Assembly: GCA_965248355.1 (NCBI GenBank)
Contig: OZ252098.1
Coordinates: 4,384,001-4,448,000 of the forward strand
Reading direction: 5' to 3'
Length of the DNA stretch: 64,000 nt
Origin: Candidatus Latescibacterota bacterium
GTDB taxonomy: Bacteria > Latescibacterota > UBA2968 > UBA8231
Positions 42,604 to 52,778 of the stretch are shown one piece after another (the first letter of the stretch is position 1; every line of letters begins with the position of its first letter). The notes under the pieces were generated by a model that saw only the letters and a program-made list of their open reading frames with translations, made no database searches and was not told the DNA's origin. The position numbers and the translations under genes are program-made.

Positions 42604-45132
42604 TCAGCCCCCGGGCTCCGCCATCCCCGCCTCGGCCAGCGCTTCGAGCAGGCAGGGCACCCCGAAGAACACCAGGCTCAGGCCCATGGGGCTCATGCTC
42701 ACGGCGCCCCGCCTCCTGGGGTCGTCGCTCCAGTCCTGCATCTGCATGAGCCGCTCGAGGACGGCCCGGGCGATCTCGAGGTAGGCCGGCCGGCCGGTGA
42801 GGCGCCAGGCGTAGGCCAGGTGCCGGCAGATGATCCCGTAGTAGTGCTGCTGCAGGGCGAACTCCGGCCCCGTGGCCCCGGGCCCGCCGCAGAACCAGTC
42901 CACGGCCCGGACGTAGACCTCGGCCACGTCCTGCCTCCCCGTGAGCCGGTGCAGCAGCTCGATGCCGATCAGCAGGTAGTGGGTCTGGTAGCCCTTCTGG
43001 TCCTCGTAGGGCATGACCCGCAGGATCGGCGCATCCCCGCCCCGCAGGGCCAGCAGCTCCTCGTCGCTGAAGGGGGGCGCCCCGAGCTCCACCGCCAGGG
43101 TCGTGCCCTCGGAGGCCATGCCGTACGGGCTCTGCACCGGCTGCCGGTCCGGCGTCGACACCTGGAAGCGCTTGTGCCAGCTGCCGTCGTCGTTCTGGCC
43201 CCGGGCGATGACCTCGTAGACCTCCTCCGCCCGCCGCAGGAAGGCCTCCTCCCCCGTCACCTCGTACACGTACAGCAGTCCGCGCAGGGCGTTGGCGATG
43301 CTGCGCAGGCTGAAGCTGTACTGGGGGTCCTCGGTCCAGTGGAAACCGCGCAGGAAGCCCCCGGCCTCGCGCAGCACCTCCAGGGTGCGCAGGTCGCCGG
43401 TCACGTAGTAGTGGTCGACCCAGTTGTCGATGAAGGTGTGGGAGGCGCAGGGCTCGTCGCCGAAGTGGTCGACGCTGTGGCGGTAGCAGCCGCCCACGAA
43501 GTAGGGACGGAAGGGGTGCCAGTGACAGGTGTCGACGTCGACCGAGTGCCGGGTCATCGCCTCGGCGAGGTCGAACCACTCCGGCTCTCCGGTCCGCAGG
43601 TATTCGATCCACACCCCGTGGCGCGGGTCCCACTCGCTGTTGCACCAGCCCCAGCGCCCGGTGAAGCGCCAGTCGCCGCCGGCCTCGTCCCAGGCCACGA
43701 GGGCGTCGCCGTAGTCGAAGAAGCCGTACCAGCGGCCCAGCCGGATCTGGCGCTCCATCCATTCCACGAAGCCGGAGAGCATGCGGTCGGAGCGCGGGAA
43801 GGCGCCGGCCGGGGCGAATCCCCCGGTCACCTGGCATCGGGACAGATGACCCGGGTCGACCGCCGCGTGGGGCGGCCGCAGCAGGCCGCGCAGACTCCCC
43901 ACGGCGCTCTCCGAGTCTCCGGGGGCGAACCAGGCGGCGAACAACTCCGTCGTCCGGGCCGCGCCGGTGCCGTCGGAGTAGACCCCCTCGCCTTCGTGCC
44001 AGGCCACCTCCTCCGAGTAGCGCTCCAGGCTCAGGAGCCGGCCCTCGGGGTGATGCCAGGGCATGGCCGCGATGCCGCCGCCGCCGGCCTGCAGCGCAGT
44101 CGGATGCTGCTCGGCCATGTGGCGCATGGCCACGCCCAGCCCCCCGGCGGCGCTCTCCGCCGTGAGCCAGCCTTCGGTGCGCTCCCCCTCGCTGACCCGG
44201 GGCCCGCCGGAGCCGGTCTCGAGCTGGCGGAAGTGGTTGTCCTCCTGCTGGGCCAGCAGCAGCTCGCCGCCTGGGGACAGGGTCACCGCGCGGTGCGGCT
44301 CCGAGGCGGACCGGCAGAGGATCCCGCCGCCTCCATCTCGCAGCGGCAGGCGCAGGCCGATCTCGGAGACCTGCGTCTCGCGCGGGTTCAGGTGGAAGAC
44401 GAGGGTGTGCTGCAGACGCACGAAGGGCTGGCCCGCCCAGGCGTGGATGCGCAGCACGAAGCGCAGGGGCCGGTAGCCGCTGTAGTGGTGCATCGGCGCC
44501 CGCTGCTCCAGGGCTCCCCGGCAGGTGACCACGGTGCGCAGGGGACCGGCCTCTTCCACCTCCACGGACCATTCCTCCGGCGCCAGGCTGGCCAGGCACT
44601 CGCCGCCCATGCCGTAGATCCGTCGCCTCGTGCCGCCGAGGAACTCCCCCTCGCGGATCCGCGCCCACAACTCGCCGCCGCCCTCGCCCGACAGGTCGGT
44701 CTCCGCCTGGAAGACGCCGTCGCGCCGGCGGCCCAGCTCGACCCGGTCGAAGGGCCGGGCGCCCACCCGGGAGAGGGAGAAGCGCAGGGGGCCGGTGCAG
44801 AGGACGACGGCCTCTTCCGTCTCGGCCACCTCGACCGCCTGCGCCGGGGAGACCGCCCCCGGTCCGCCGCCCTGAAGGTGGTAGACCGATGGCTCGCCGC
44901 CGTCGACGTGGCCCTGGAAGTCGGCCAGCACCCATTTGAGCGAGCCGTCCGGCCAGCGCGCCAGGGGCCTCAGCTGTACCGGGACGACGTCGCCCCCGGG
45001 CCCGGCCAGCGTCAGCTTGCCGGTCTCGCCCACGGCCCCCTCCGGCAGCGGCACGCCGCGGGTCAGCGGCCACCCCGTGCACGCGCGCCCGTCGCGGTCC
45101 GTCACCGTCAGTCGAATCGGTTCCATCGTCAT
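42604..45132 (-). CDS. Cytoplasmic YetA/PcRGLX-like (exo-rhamnogalacturonan lyase family) protein
   Basis: PLTRGVPLPEG...VQLRPLARWPDGSLKW, EEAGPLRTVV, WYGFFDYGD, GRWGWCNSE, AEAMTRHSVDVD; ATGA overlap with upstream gene. Confidence 0.8.
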   Translation of the reverse strand: MTMEPIRLTVTDRDGRACTGWPLTRGVPLPEGAVGETGKLTLAGPGGDVVPVQLRPLARWPDGSLKWVLADFQGHVDGGEPSVYHLQGGGPGAVSPAQAVEVAETEEAVVLCTGPLRFSLSRVGARPFDRVELGRRRDGVFQAETDLSGEGGGELWARIREGEFLGGTRRRIYGMGGECLASLAPEEWSVEVEEAGPLRTVVTCRGALEQRAPMHHYSGYRPLRFVLRIHAWAGQPFVRLQHTLVFHLNPRETQVSEIGLRLPLRDGGGGILCRSASEPHRAVTLSPGGELLLAQQEDNHFRQLETGSGGPRVSEGERTEGWLTAESAAGGLGVAMRHMAEQHPTALQAGGGGIAAMPWHHPEGRLLSLERYSEEVAWHEGEGVYSDGTGAARTTELFAAWFAPGDSESAVGSLRGLLRPPHAAVDPGHLSRCQVTGGFAPAGAFPRSDRMLSGFVEWMERQIRLGRWYGFFDYGDALVAWDEAGGDWRFTGRWGWCNSEWDPRHGVWIEYLRTGEPEWFDLAEAMTRHSVDVDTCHWHPFRPYFVGGCYRHSVDHFGDEPCASHTFIDNWVDHYYVTGDLRTLEVLREAGGFLRGFHWTEDPQYSFSLRSIANALRGLLYVYEVTGEEAFLRRAEEVYEVIARGQNDDGSWHKRFQVSTPDRQPVQSPYGMASEGTTLAVELGAPPFSDEELLALRGGDAPILRVMPYEDQKGYQTHYLLIGIELLHRLTGRQDVAEVYVRAVDWFCGGPGATGPEFALQQHYYGIICRHLAYAWRLTGRPAYLEIARAVLERLMQMQDWSDDPRRRGAVSMSPMGLSLVFFGVPCLLEALAEAGMAEPGG

Positions 45133-47243
45133 CGCCGCGCCTCCTCGACCATCAGGGTTCCGGCTTCGAGGCTGCGCTCGCTGATGGCCCGCACCTCGTC
45201 GGCGCTGGTGCTTCCGTCGCCGTACAGCTCGGCCGCGTAGCGCACCTCGAAGACCGTGCCGGCGGGCACCGGGTTCTGCCCCGGGTGGAGGTTGACGTGC
45301 ACGTCGATATAGTTGCCGCACACGGAGTAGTGGAAGGGGACCTCGGGGTGCTGGGGGTTCTCGAAGAAGGCCAGGACATTGCCCCGGTCGGCGGAGAAGA
45401 GGCCGTAGAACAGGTGCGGTCCCGGGTCGCCCGTGCCCGGGCTGTGGACGCTGCAGTCCGGGCGCAGTGTGTAGATCAGCGACGAGCCGCCCCGGGTCAT
45501 GAACAGCACGGCGTCGTGCAGCCAGGTCTCCACCAGCCGCGAGGGGTAGGGGAAGATGTCGGAGAACTCCACGTTGGCGCCCTCCCACTGCTGGTCCACC
45601 TCCATGCGCATGCGCACCTCGATCCGGGGCCGCGGATGGCCGCCGGGGATCGTCAGCCAGGTCCGCGACCGGGCCCGCCGGTTGGGGTTGGTGCCGCTGA
45701 AGCAGAGCCGCACCCGCTCCGGACCGTTCTCCAGCACCTCGAAGGCGTCGTTGGTGTTGCAGTAGTGGTGGCGCGAGATGCCGCAGGAGAGGAACCAGGC
45801 CATGGGCATCTCCCAGAGGACGGGCTCCGTCTGGCCGTGGTTCGTCCAGCGGTGCACGGCGCCGCTGAACAGGTCCAGCTCCAGCTCGGGACGCTCCTTG
45901 TTGCGGCTGCTCCAGACGGCCACGTCGCGGCGGTTGCCGGCGCGGCGCTGCAGGTCGACGCCGGTGATCTCGCTCTGGTAGGCGGCCTGGATGCCGGGGA
46001 CCTTGTCGATGCCTATGGTCGTCGGCGAATCCGCCTTGAGGGCGGTGCTGACGATGACGTCGTCCACCGAGTCGTTGCGGTGGCTCATCTCCATGACCAC
46101 GCAGATGTCGTCGGTGAGCTCTCCCTCCGACATCAGCTGCGCCCGCGTGACCTCGCCGTCGACGGTGGCCACGACGCCGCCGCGGTGGCGCAGGTCGGTC
46201 TTGCGCCGGTAGTGGCGCAGGCGCACGGTGCGCTCGTGCTCGTCGGGGGGGAAGGTGACGCGCACCGAGGCCGGGTCGCCCTGGCCGACCTCGTAGGTCC
46301 CGTCCTCGGGGGTGTAGCAGCGGAAGCCGCCGCCGTGGACCTCGGGGGTCAGCGGTTCCTGCACGGCGGCGATGCGGTGGTGCAGATCGGCTTCGTCCGC
46401 GGCTGCGGAGAGCACCAGGGTCGCGGCGTGGGTGACATCGGGCTCGGCGCCGTCCTCGAGCCAGGCGAGCCTCACCTGGGGGCCTTCGCTGCACAGGATC
46501 GCGTGCACCGCCGCCGAGGGCGAGCGCTTCCAGCCGAGGTTGCCCCGGGCCCACTGCTGCATGCCCGTGGGCCAGCGCGAGGCGTAGAAGGGCGGCACCG
46601 CGCCGTGGTCGTAGCCGAGGGTCAGCGTCTCTCCCTCGTCGCGCTGCCAGTAGAGGCCCAGCGGGGGCCGCCCCGGGCCGGAGAACAAGATCCGCCTGGA
46701 GGCCAGCTCCTCGCCGAAGGCCCGGCGCAGGCTGGTCCCCGACTCGTTCAGCTCCGCGTCTCCCACGCGCACCCGGCGGTATCCGGCGTCGCCGTCGATC
46801 TCCGCCCAGACCGCTTCCACGGGGCCGTGGCCCACCGGGTCGACCGTCTGCAGCGCCCAGCTCACGTGCAGGTCGCCTTCCGGGTAGATCCAGATGTCCT
46901 GGCGGCCGTCGCCGTGGTAGCGTCCGTCCTCGTCGAGCAGGTCGAAGGCGACCCGCATGCCGAGGCGCACCGGCCCCTCCTCCAGGAAGTGGAACTTCGG
47001 CGCCGGGTCGTTCTCCTGGCGCACGAGCCGGGTGCCCCCGCCGGACGGGGACCGCAGGCGCAGTCGCGTCCCCAGGCTCACGAGGTGCGCGGGGGCCTCG
47101 CCCGGGGCCGGGGGCTCGGGGACTTCCCCGGGGTCGCGGGCCACGTGCAGGACGCCGCCGCGGTGGCGGGCGAAATGGACGGCCGCGGTACCGATGCGGC
47201 CGAGCCAGTGGGTGCGCAGGTCGGCGAAGGTGCCGTCAGCCAT
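45129..47243 (-). CDS. Hypothetical 704-aa cytoplasmic protein, beta-rich
   Basis: Long ORF with typical codon usage, GGGAGAG SD, coupled to the downstream lyase-like gene; no family recognised. Confidence 0.75.
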   Translation of the reverse strand: MADGTFADLRTHWLGRIGTAAVHFARHRGGVLHVARDPGEVPEPPAPGEAPAHLVSLGTRLRLRSPSGGGTRLVRQENDPAPKFHFLEEGPVRLGMRVAFDLLDEDGRYHGDGRQDIWIYPEGDLHVSWALQTVDPVGHGPVEAVWAEIDGDAGYRRVRVGDAELNESGTSLRRAFGEELASRRILFSGPGRPPLGLYWQRDEGETLTLGYDHGAVPPFYASRWPTGMQQWARGNLGWKRSPSAAVHAILCSEGPQVRLAWLEDGAEPDVTHAATLVLSAAADEADLHHRIAAVQEPLTPEVHGGGFRCYTPEDGTYEVGQGDPASVRVTFPPDEHERTVRLRHYRRKTDLRHRGGVVATVDGEVTRAQLMSEGELTDDICVVMEMSHRNDSVDDVIVSTALKADSPTTIGIDKVPGIQAAYQSEITGVDLQRRAGNRRDVAVWSSRNKERPELELDLFSGAVHRWTNHGQTEPVLWEMPMAWFLSCGISRHHYCNTNDAFEVLENGPERVRLCFSGTNPNRRARSRTWLTIPGGHPRPRIEVRMRMEVDQQWEGANVEFSDIFPYPSRLVETWLHDAVLFMTRGGSSLIYTLRPDCSVHSPGTGDPGPHLFYGLFSADRGNVLAFFENPQHPEVPFHYSVCGNYIDVHVNLHPGQNPVPAGTVFEVRYAAELYGDGSTSADEVRAISERSLEAGTLMVEEARR

Positions 47244-47269
47244 GGCGGTGCTCTCCCGATCCGGTCACA

Positions 47270-48907
47270 TCATTCGATCCAGAAGGAGTAGATCCCGGCG
47301 CGATCGAGGCGGAAGGAGAGGCGCACGTAGCGGTCCTTGAGCGGACGCAGGGAGTCGCCGCCCGACCACGACATGGGCGCCCGCAGGCTGTCGCCGCGCA
47401 AGGGAGCGCAGTCGGCGAAGTCGAGACCGGCGATGGGTGTTCCGTCCTCCTCGAGGACGGCGGCTTTCACCGATCCGCCCTCGGCCGCGTGGGCGTTGAC
47501 GCACAGGGTGCCGGCGCCGCCGAACACCAGAGGCCGGGTGGTCACCTCGCCGGGCTCGGCGCCGGCTTCGAGGGAGACGAAGCGGTCGCGGTCCAGGACC
47601 CCGAGCCCCAGGCCGGACTGCCAGTGGCTGTTCGGCAGGGTCAGCCCCGGATAGCCGGGGATGCCGCCGTAATGCCCGTGGTAGTAGAACCGGACCTCGT
47701 CCGGCCCGATCACCGGGCCGGCGGTGGTGGATCGCGGAGCCATGCGCAGGTAGTGGGCGTCCCAGGCGTCGTGGCCGCCGTTGGGGATGAAGGCCCGGCG
47801 GTCGGCCAGGTAGTACCAGTGCCGCCCGTCGCGGCTGCCGGCCAGCCGGATCCAGTTGCGCTTGAAGCCGCTGGCGTGCCTCGGCGTCGCCTCGCCGGAC
47901 GGCCCCGGGACGTTGGCCGTCATGGACAGACAACCCAGCCACATGTCCTCGTAGGGGAACCCGTCGGCCTCGTAGATCCCGTACATCCCCGGGGTGCGCG
48001 CGTCCTCGGCGTCTGGGTAGGCGTAGATCCGCGGGGCGCTCCAGTGGATCAGGTCGTCGCTCTCCGCCCAGCCGGCCACGCGCGCTTCGTACCGGCCCTT
48101 CGAACCCCCGTCCGGGGCGTGGACGTAGAACGGAAACCGCGGGTCCGGGCCGACCGTATGCTTGGTGTGGGCCACGTACTTGCCGAGAACCGGGTCCCAG
48201 CGGATCTGCAGGACATCGCCCAGGCCCTCCGGGAAGGGGTCCTCGGGGCCGGTGTGGCGGAAGGCGGAGGAGCCCTTGCGCAACAGGGTCGTGTCGGCCC
48301 GCCAGGTCCAGCGCCGTCCGTCCGCGGAGGTGTAGAGGGCGATGTAGACGGTGGGGCCGGTGAAGGGGCCATCTCCCGGCGACGGGCGGGGCCGCCCGTT
48401 GTCGCGCAGGATCATCTTCCAGCGGCGCTCCGGATCGGGCTCCCAGGGCTCGAAGAGCAACCCGTGGAGCTGGCCCTGCATCGGCCGCCAGGGGGCGGTC
48501 GGATGATTGCGGCCCAGGACCGGCTCGGTGTCGAACCGCCAGTCGAGGCCGTCGCCGGAGGAGGCCGTCCACAGCGGCCGCCTGCCGCCGCCCGTGGGTT
48601 CCGGCGCCCCGGCCAGCCGCCCCCGCCAGCCGTTTCCGAAGAGGCGGTAGCCGCCCTCCGGCTCGGGGTGCACGTAGCAGGCCCACAGGTCCTCCACGAG
48701 GGGGTTGGCCGGATGCTTGCGCACCGGGTGCAGCCGCCGCCGCAGGTTCGTGCTGCGGGCGATCAAGCAGGTGTCGGCGAAGAGCTGCCGAGAGCCGTCG
48801 ATTCTGGTGCGCCAGCATGAGAGATCCTGCGGAAAACAGGCCTTCTCGTTCAGCAGCAGGCTGTAACCCTGCGGAAAGGCCGACCAGTCGGCGGTGGGCG
48901 AGGTCAT
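47270..48907 (-). CDS. Putative five-bladed beta-propeller glycosidase-like protein (GH32/GH130-like) with C-terminal beta-sandwich
   Basis: HPVRKHPANPL, repeated S-x-DGxxW Asp-box-like motifs, SRDGRHW, DRFVSL...GEVTTRPL...VNA...GDSL...IYSFW; AAGGAG SD. Confidence 0.6.
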   Translation of the reverse strand: MTSPTADWSAFPQGYSLLLNEKACFPQDLSCWRTRIDGSRQLFADTCLIARSTNLRRRLHPVRKHPANPLVEDLWACYVHPEPEGGYRLFGNGWRGRLAGAPEPTGGGRRPLWTASSGDGLDWRFDTEPVLGRNHPTAPWRPMQGQLHGLLFEPWEPDPERRWKMILRDNGRPRPSPGDGPFTGPTVYIALYTSADGRRWTWRADTTLLRKGSSAFRHTGPEDPFPEGLGDVLQIRWDPVLGKYVAHTKHTVGPDPRFPFYVHAPDGGSKGRYEARVAGWAESDDLIHWSAPRIYAYPDAEDARTPGMYGIYEADGFPYEDMWLGCLSMTANVPGPSGEATPRHASGFKRNWIRLAGSRDGRHWYYLADRRAFIPNGGHDAWDAHYLRMAPRSTTAGPVIGPDEVRFYYHGHYGGIPGYPGLTLPNSHWQSGLGLGVLDRDRFVSLEAGAEPGEVTTRPLVFGGAGTLCVNAHAAEGGSVKAAVLEEDGTPIAGLDFADCAPLRGDSLRAPMSWSGGDSLRPLKDRYVRLSFRLDRAGIYSFWIE

Positions 48908-49184
48908 GGGTTCTCCTTAGGCTCCGGTGCGTGTCTCCGGCGAGTTGGCCCCGCCGGACGGCGCGCCTCGGGGCCTACGTTACCCGGAGGACGGACTCCC
49001 GGTCAACCTTCGTCCCGGTCGACCCGGGGCGCCGGCGCGTCTTCCCGTCGCCCGGGGTCCCGGCGGGGCGTCTCAGGCGATGGCCTGCCGCCGGTCGCCG
49101 GCAGCACCGCGGCGCGGTATTGTAAGGGCGCTGAGCGCAACCGGCTCATGGACGCGAGCCGGGCGCCCGAGGACATCCGCGAGC

Positions 49185-50462
49185 ATGCCCACCGTCCTTC
49201 TCGTCGCCCCCTACTTCCTGCCCCGGCGCCGCGTCGGCGCCATGCGCCCGCTGCGGTTCGCCATCCACCTGCGCGAGTTCGGCTGGGACCCGGTGGTCAT
49301 GACCATCGCCTCCAGGGGGTCCCTGACGACCCGCGAGGCCGAGCTCCTGGAGGGGATCCCCGTCGTCGAGCTGCGCCCGCCCTTCGACCTGACGGGGGGG
49401 TCGGAAAGCCAGCTGGGCGGGGGGGAGGGCCGGGGTGCGGCGGGCCGGGGGCTGCTCCGGCTGCCTCTCCCGGTGGACGGCTGGCTGCCCTTCTTCCTGT
49501 GGGCGTACGGGCGGATTCTCCGGGAGGTGCGGCGCATCCGCCCCGACGCCGTGTGGAGCACGGGCGATCCGTGGTCCGGCCTGGTGATCACCGAGAGATT
49601 CTGCCGGCGGCTGGGAATCCCCTGGATCGCCGACTTCCGGGATCCGTGGACGATCTGCCGGGTCCGTTCCCGGGGGCGCGGGCCGGTCGTGCGCGCCCTG
49701 GACCGGCACTTCGAGGGCCGCGTCCTGCGGGGGGCGGACGCGATCCTCTTCCAGGCCACGGAGACGGAGCGCCGTTACCGCGAGCGCTTCGCGGAGCTCG
49801 GCCTGCGCACGAGGACGATCACCAACAGCTTCGACGAGGCCCTGCTGGCCGATCCGGTCTTCGCGGGGGGAGCCCCGCCGCCGGAGCCCGGCGACCGGCT
49901 CGACATCGGCTTCTTCGGCCGTTTCCGGGAGATGTCTCCAGCCGGCCCCATGATCGAGGCCCTCGCCCAAGCCGGCCGGCGCGATCCGCAGCTGGCCGCG
50001 GCGGTGCACGTCCATTCCTTCGGGCCCCTGAACGCGGCCGACCAGGCCCTCGCCGAGGCCCACGGCCTGGCGGACCGGTTCCACGCGGAGGCGGCCGTGC
50101 CCCTGGAGGAGGCCCTGTCGGCGCTGCGGCGCTTCGACATCCTCTTGTTGAGCACCCACCCCGACCGCGACGAGATCATCCCCGCCAAGCTGCTGGAGTA
50201 CCTGGCGGTGGGCCGCCCGATCCTGTCCCTGTCTCCGAATCCCGAGGTCGCCGGGATCCTGGAGGAGACCGGCACGGGGGTGCAGCTGCCGGTGGACGAT
50301 GCCCCCGGCCTCGCCGACCTCCTGGTCGCCTGCGCGGGCGCCAAACGGGAAGGGCGCCCGCTGCCCATTCCCTTCGCCTGCGACCGGGAGCGGGTGGCGG
50401 TGTACGAGGCCCGGGCCACCACCGGCCAGCTCGCCGACCTGCTGGACTCCATCGCCCGATGA
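49185..50462 (+). CDS. Glycosyltransferase, GT-B fold (GT4-like)
   Basis: VLLVAPYFLP...GAMRPLRF...GWDPVVMT, WIADFRDPW, ITNSFD, IPAKLLEYLAVGRPIL. Confidence 0.85.
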   Translation: MPTVLLVAPYFLPRRRVGAMRPLRFAIHLREFGWDPVVMTIASRGSLTTREAELLEGIPVVELRPPFDLTGGSESQLGGGEGRGAAGRGLLRLPLPVDGWLPFFLWAYGRILREVRRIRPDAVWSTGDPWSGLVITERFCRRLGIPWIADFRDPWTICRVRSRGRGPVVRALDRHFEGRVLRGADAILFQATETERRYRERFAELGLRTRTITNSFDEALLADPVFAGGAPPPEPGDRLDIGFFGRFREMSPAGPMIEALAQAGRRDPQLAAAVHVHSFGPLNAADQALAEAHGLADRFHAEAAVPLEEALSALRRFDILLLSTHPDRDEIIPAKLLEYLAVGRPILSLSPNPEVAGILEETGTGVQLPVDDAPGLADLLVACAGAKREGRPLPIPFACDRERVAVYEARATTGQLADLLDSIAR

Positions 50463-51973
50463 CCGACGCCCCGGAGCGGCGCCTGTCGCACCAGGTCGGC
50501 GTGGTCCTGGCGGCGCGCATCTCCAGCACCCTCGTCGACATCTCCACGGCCGTGGCCACGGCCCACCTGCTCAGCAAGACCGACTTCGCCGTCCTCAGCT
50601 ACCTGATGATCCTCTACCAGGTCGGTCGCTACCTGGCGATGATGGGCTTTCCCGACAGCGTCTTCTACTTCTTCGAGCGCCTGTCCAGTTCCGCTCGCCG
50701 CGCCTTCTGCCTGCAGACCTTCCTCATCCTCGCGGCCGCGGCCGCCGGCGCCGGCGGCCTCATCTTCCTGTCGACCCATGCCGTCCCCCACCTGGTCAGT
50801 TCCGAATGGACGGACCGCAACATCCACGACGTGCAGCGCTTCCTGCCCTGGTTCGCCCTCGTGGCGGTCCTGGAGATCCCCACCTGGCCGGCCATGAACG
50901 TGCTCCTCGCCTCGGGCCGGCACCGGCACGCCGCCCTCTACGAGATCCTCTTCAGCGTGCTGATCTTCGCCGGCCTCATCGGCCCGCTGCTGCTCGGGTA
51001 TTCGCTGCGCTACGCCCTGATCGGCCTGTCCCTCTATGCGGCGGTGCGGCTGGTCGTCTCCGTGACCTGGGTCTCGCTGGTCCTGCCGGCGTCGACGCGG
51101 AGGCCGCCCACGGGGCTGCTGGGGGAACAGATCCGCTTCGCCATCCCCCTGGGCAGCTCCCTGCTCGTGAACCGGATGAACCGCTACGCGGACAAGTTCG
51201 TCGTCGGCGCCATGCTCACCCCCGCGGCGCTGGCGGAGTACAACATCGCCTCCCAGGAGATCCCCCTGGTCGCCGTGCTTCCCTACGCCGTGGGCACGGT
51301 GCTCATCACCCGCTACGTGCGGCTGGTGAGGGACGACCGCCGGCAGGAGCTGCTGGAGTTGTGGTACCAAGGCATCCGCAAGATGTCCCTCTTCGTGGTG
51401 CCCGTCACCGTGCTGCTCATCGCCATCGCTCCGGAAGCGATCCCCGTGATCTTCGGACGCGCCAACTACGAGGCCTCGATCCAGCCCTTCCAGATCTACA
51501 CGACGGTGCTGCTGCTGCGGGTGGCCTCGTTCTCCAGCATCCTCCAGTCCTTCGGCGACACCCGCGCCGTTCTCTGGGTCGCCCTCTCCCGGTTCGCGGG
51601 CAACGTGGTGCTCACCATCCCCTTCACCCTCTGGTGGGGGACGATCGGCACCGCCGGCGCCACCGCCCTGGCCAGCTTCCTCAACCTCTTCCACATCCTC
51701 GCCGTCCTCTCCCGGCACATGCAGCTGCCCGCGCACCGGATCCTGCCCTTCGCGTACTACGGCAAGGTCCTCGCCGTGGCCCTGGTCAGCGCCGGCGCCA
51801 CCTGGGGCCTGAGACTGCTGCGCGTCCTGCCTTTCGAGGAGCTGCCCCGCATCGGGGCGACGGTCGTGGCCTACGGCGTGGTGTTCCTCGTCGTCGGCTC
51901 TCTCACCGGCGTCGTCAGCCGCGAGGACCGCGGGCACCTGTGGGACTGGATCCGCCTGAAGTACCTGCGTTGA
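50459..51973 (+). CDS. Wzx-like oligosaccharide/polysaccharide flippase (MOP superfamily)
   Basis: 12-14 TM, FAIPLG...NRYADKFVVGAML...AEYNIA; ATGA overlap with the GT gene. Confidence 0.85.
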   Translation: MTDAPERRLSHQVGVVLAARISSTLVDISTAVATAHLLSKTDFAVLSYLMILYQVGRYLAMMGFPDSVFYFFERLSSSARRAFCLQTFLILAAAAAGAGGLIFLSTHAVPHLVSSEWTDRNIHDVQRFLPWFALVAVLEIPTWPAMNVLLASGRHRHAALYEILFSVLIFAGLIGPLLLGYSLRYALIGLSLYAAVRLVVSVTWVSLVLPASTRRPPTGLLGEQIRFAIPLGSSLLVNRMNRYADKFVVGAMLTPAALAEYNIASQEIPLVAVLPYAVGTVLITRYVRLVRDDRRQELLELWYQGIRKMSLFVVPVTVLLIAIAPEAIPVIFGRANYEASIQPFQIYTTVLLLRVASFSSILQSFGDTRAVLWVALSRFAGNVVLTIPFTLWWGTIGTAGATALASFLNLFHILAVLSRHMQLPAHRILPFAYYGKVLAVALVSAGATWGLRLLRVLPFEELPRIGATVVAYGVVFLVVGSLTGVVSREDRGHLWDWIRLKYLR

Positions 51974-52021
51974 GGACGACGCCGGCGCCGCCCCCCCGCG
52001 GACCGGGGCAGGGCCCTCGAA

Positions 52022-52771
52022 TCACGGCTTGCGCAACACCAGGAGCACGCGGGACCCCGTGTCCTCCGTGGCCTCCCGGACCCGGCGGTCGAAGGCGGCG
52101 AGCAGCAGCCGGCGAAAGAGGCCGGGGCCGACGTCCAGGCGGCAGAGCAGGAAGGAGAGCACGTGGTAGAGGGCGGACCGGCGGGTGAGGAAGAGCCGAT
52201 CCAGCACATCGTAGCCGGGGAAGTGGGCGGCCAGGGAACCGGCGGTGTAGTGCCGGTGGTGCTTGGCGATGAGGGGCAGGTTGGTCGACGGAGCCGTGAG
52301 GATCAGGGTGCCGCCCGGGGCGAGGACCCGGTCCACGTGGCGGGTGAACCCCGGCACCGCCTCGTCCGGGACGTGCTCCAGCACCTCCACCACGGTGACC
52401 GTGGAGAACGCCCCGGGCTCCAGGCCGGCCACGTCCTGGCAGCGGAACTCGAGCCCCTCCACTTCGGGGGCGAAGGCGCGGGCGAAGCGGATCGGCCGCT
52501 CGTCGAGGTCGACCCCGAGGGCGCGGAAGGCCCCGTCGAAGGCGGGCCCCCGGGCGAAGTGGTTGAGGAGGAAGCCGTCGCCGCAGCCGACGTCGAGGAC
52601 GTCCCCGCCCCGGTGGTGGGATTCGAGGAGGTCCAGGGCGCGGCCCATGTAGGCGGCGTAGTCGAGGCCCCAGCCCAGGTGCGCCCCGAAGCGGCGCCCC
52701 TCGAGGTCGACGAGGTAGTGGTAGGGGAACCGGTACTGGTCGCTCTGCAGCTGCCGGGGGGTTCTCGCCAT
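52022..52771 (-). CDS. Class I SAM-dependent methyltransferase
   Basis: VLDVGCGDG, GVDLD, EVLEHVPD, LAPGGTLILTAP. Confidence 0.9.
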   Translation of the reverse strand: MARTPRQLQSDQYRFPYHYLVDLEGRRFGAHLGWGLDYAAYMGRALDLLESHHRGGDVLDVGCGDGFLLNHFARGPAFDGAFRALGVDLDERPIRFARAFAPEVEGLEFRCQDVAGLEPGAFSTVTVVEVLEHVPDEAVPGFTRHVDRVLAPGGTLILTAPSTNLPLIAKHHRHYTAGSLAAHFPGYDVLDRLFLTRRSALYHVLSFLLCRLDVGPGLFRRLLLAAFDRRVREATEDTGSRVLLVLRKP

Positions 52772-52778
52772 GACGGCC

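Noticed and set aside
45133..46554. Apparent extension making a 1316-aa ORF, and similar extensions at 13947-14678 and 49148-50458
   Set aside because: Alternate-frame read-through over upstream genes; internal starts with ATGA coupling or signal peptides explain the true proteins
49419..49425. G7 run in the GT gene (another at about 38094) as a phase-variation tract
   Set aside because: Short, in frame and expected by chance at this GC content
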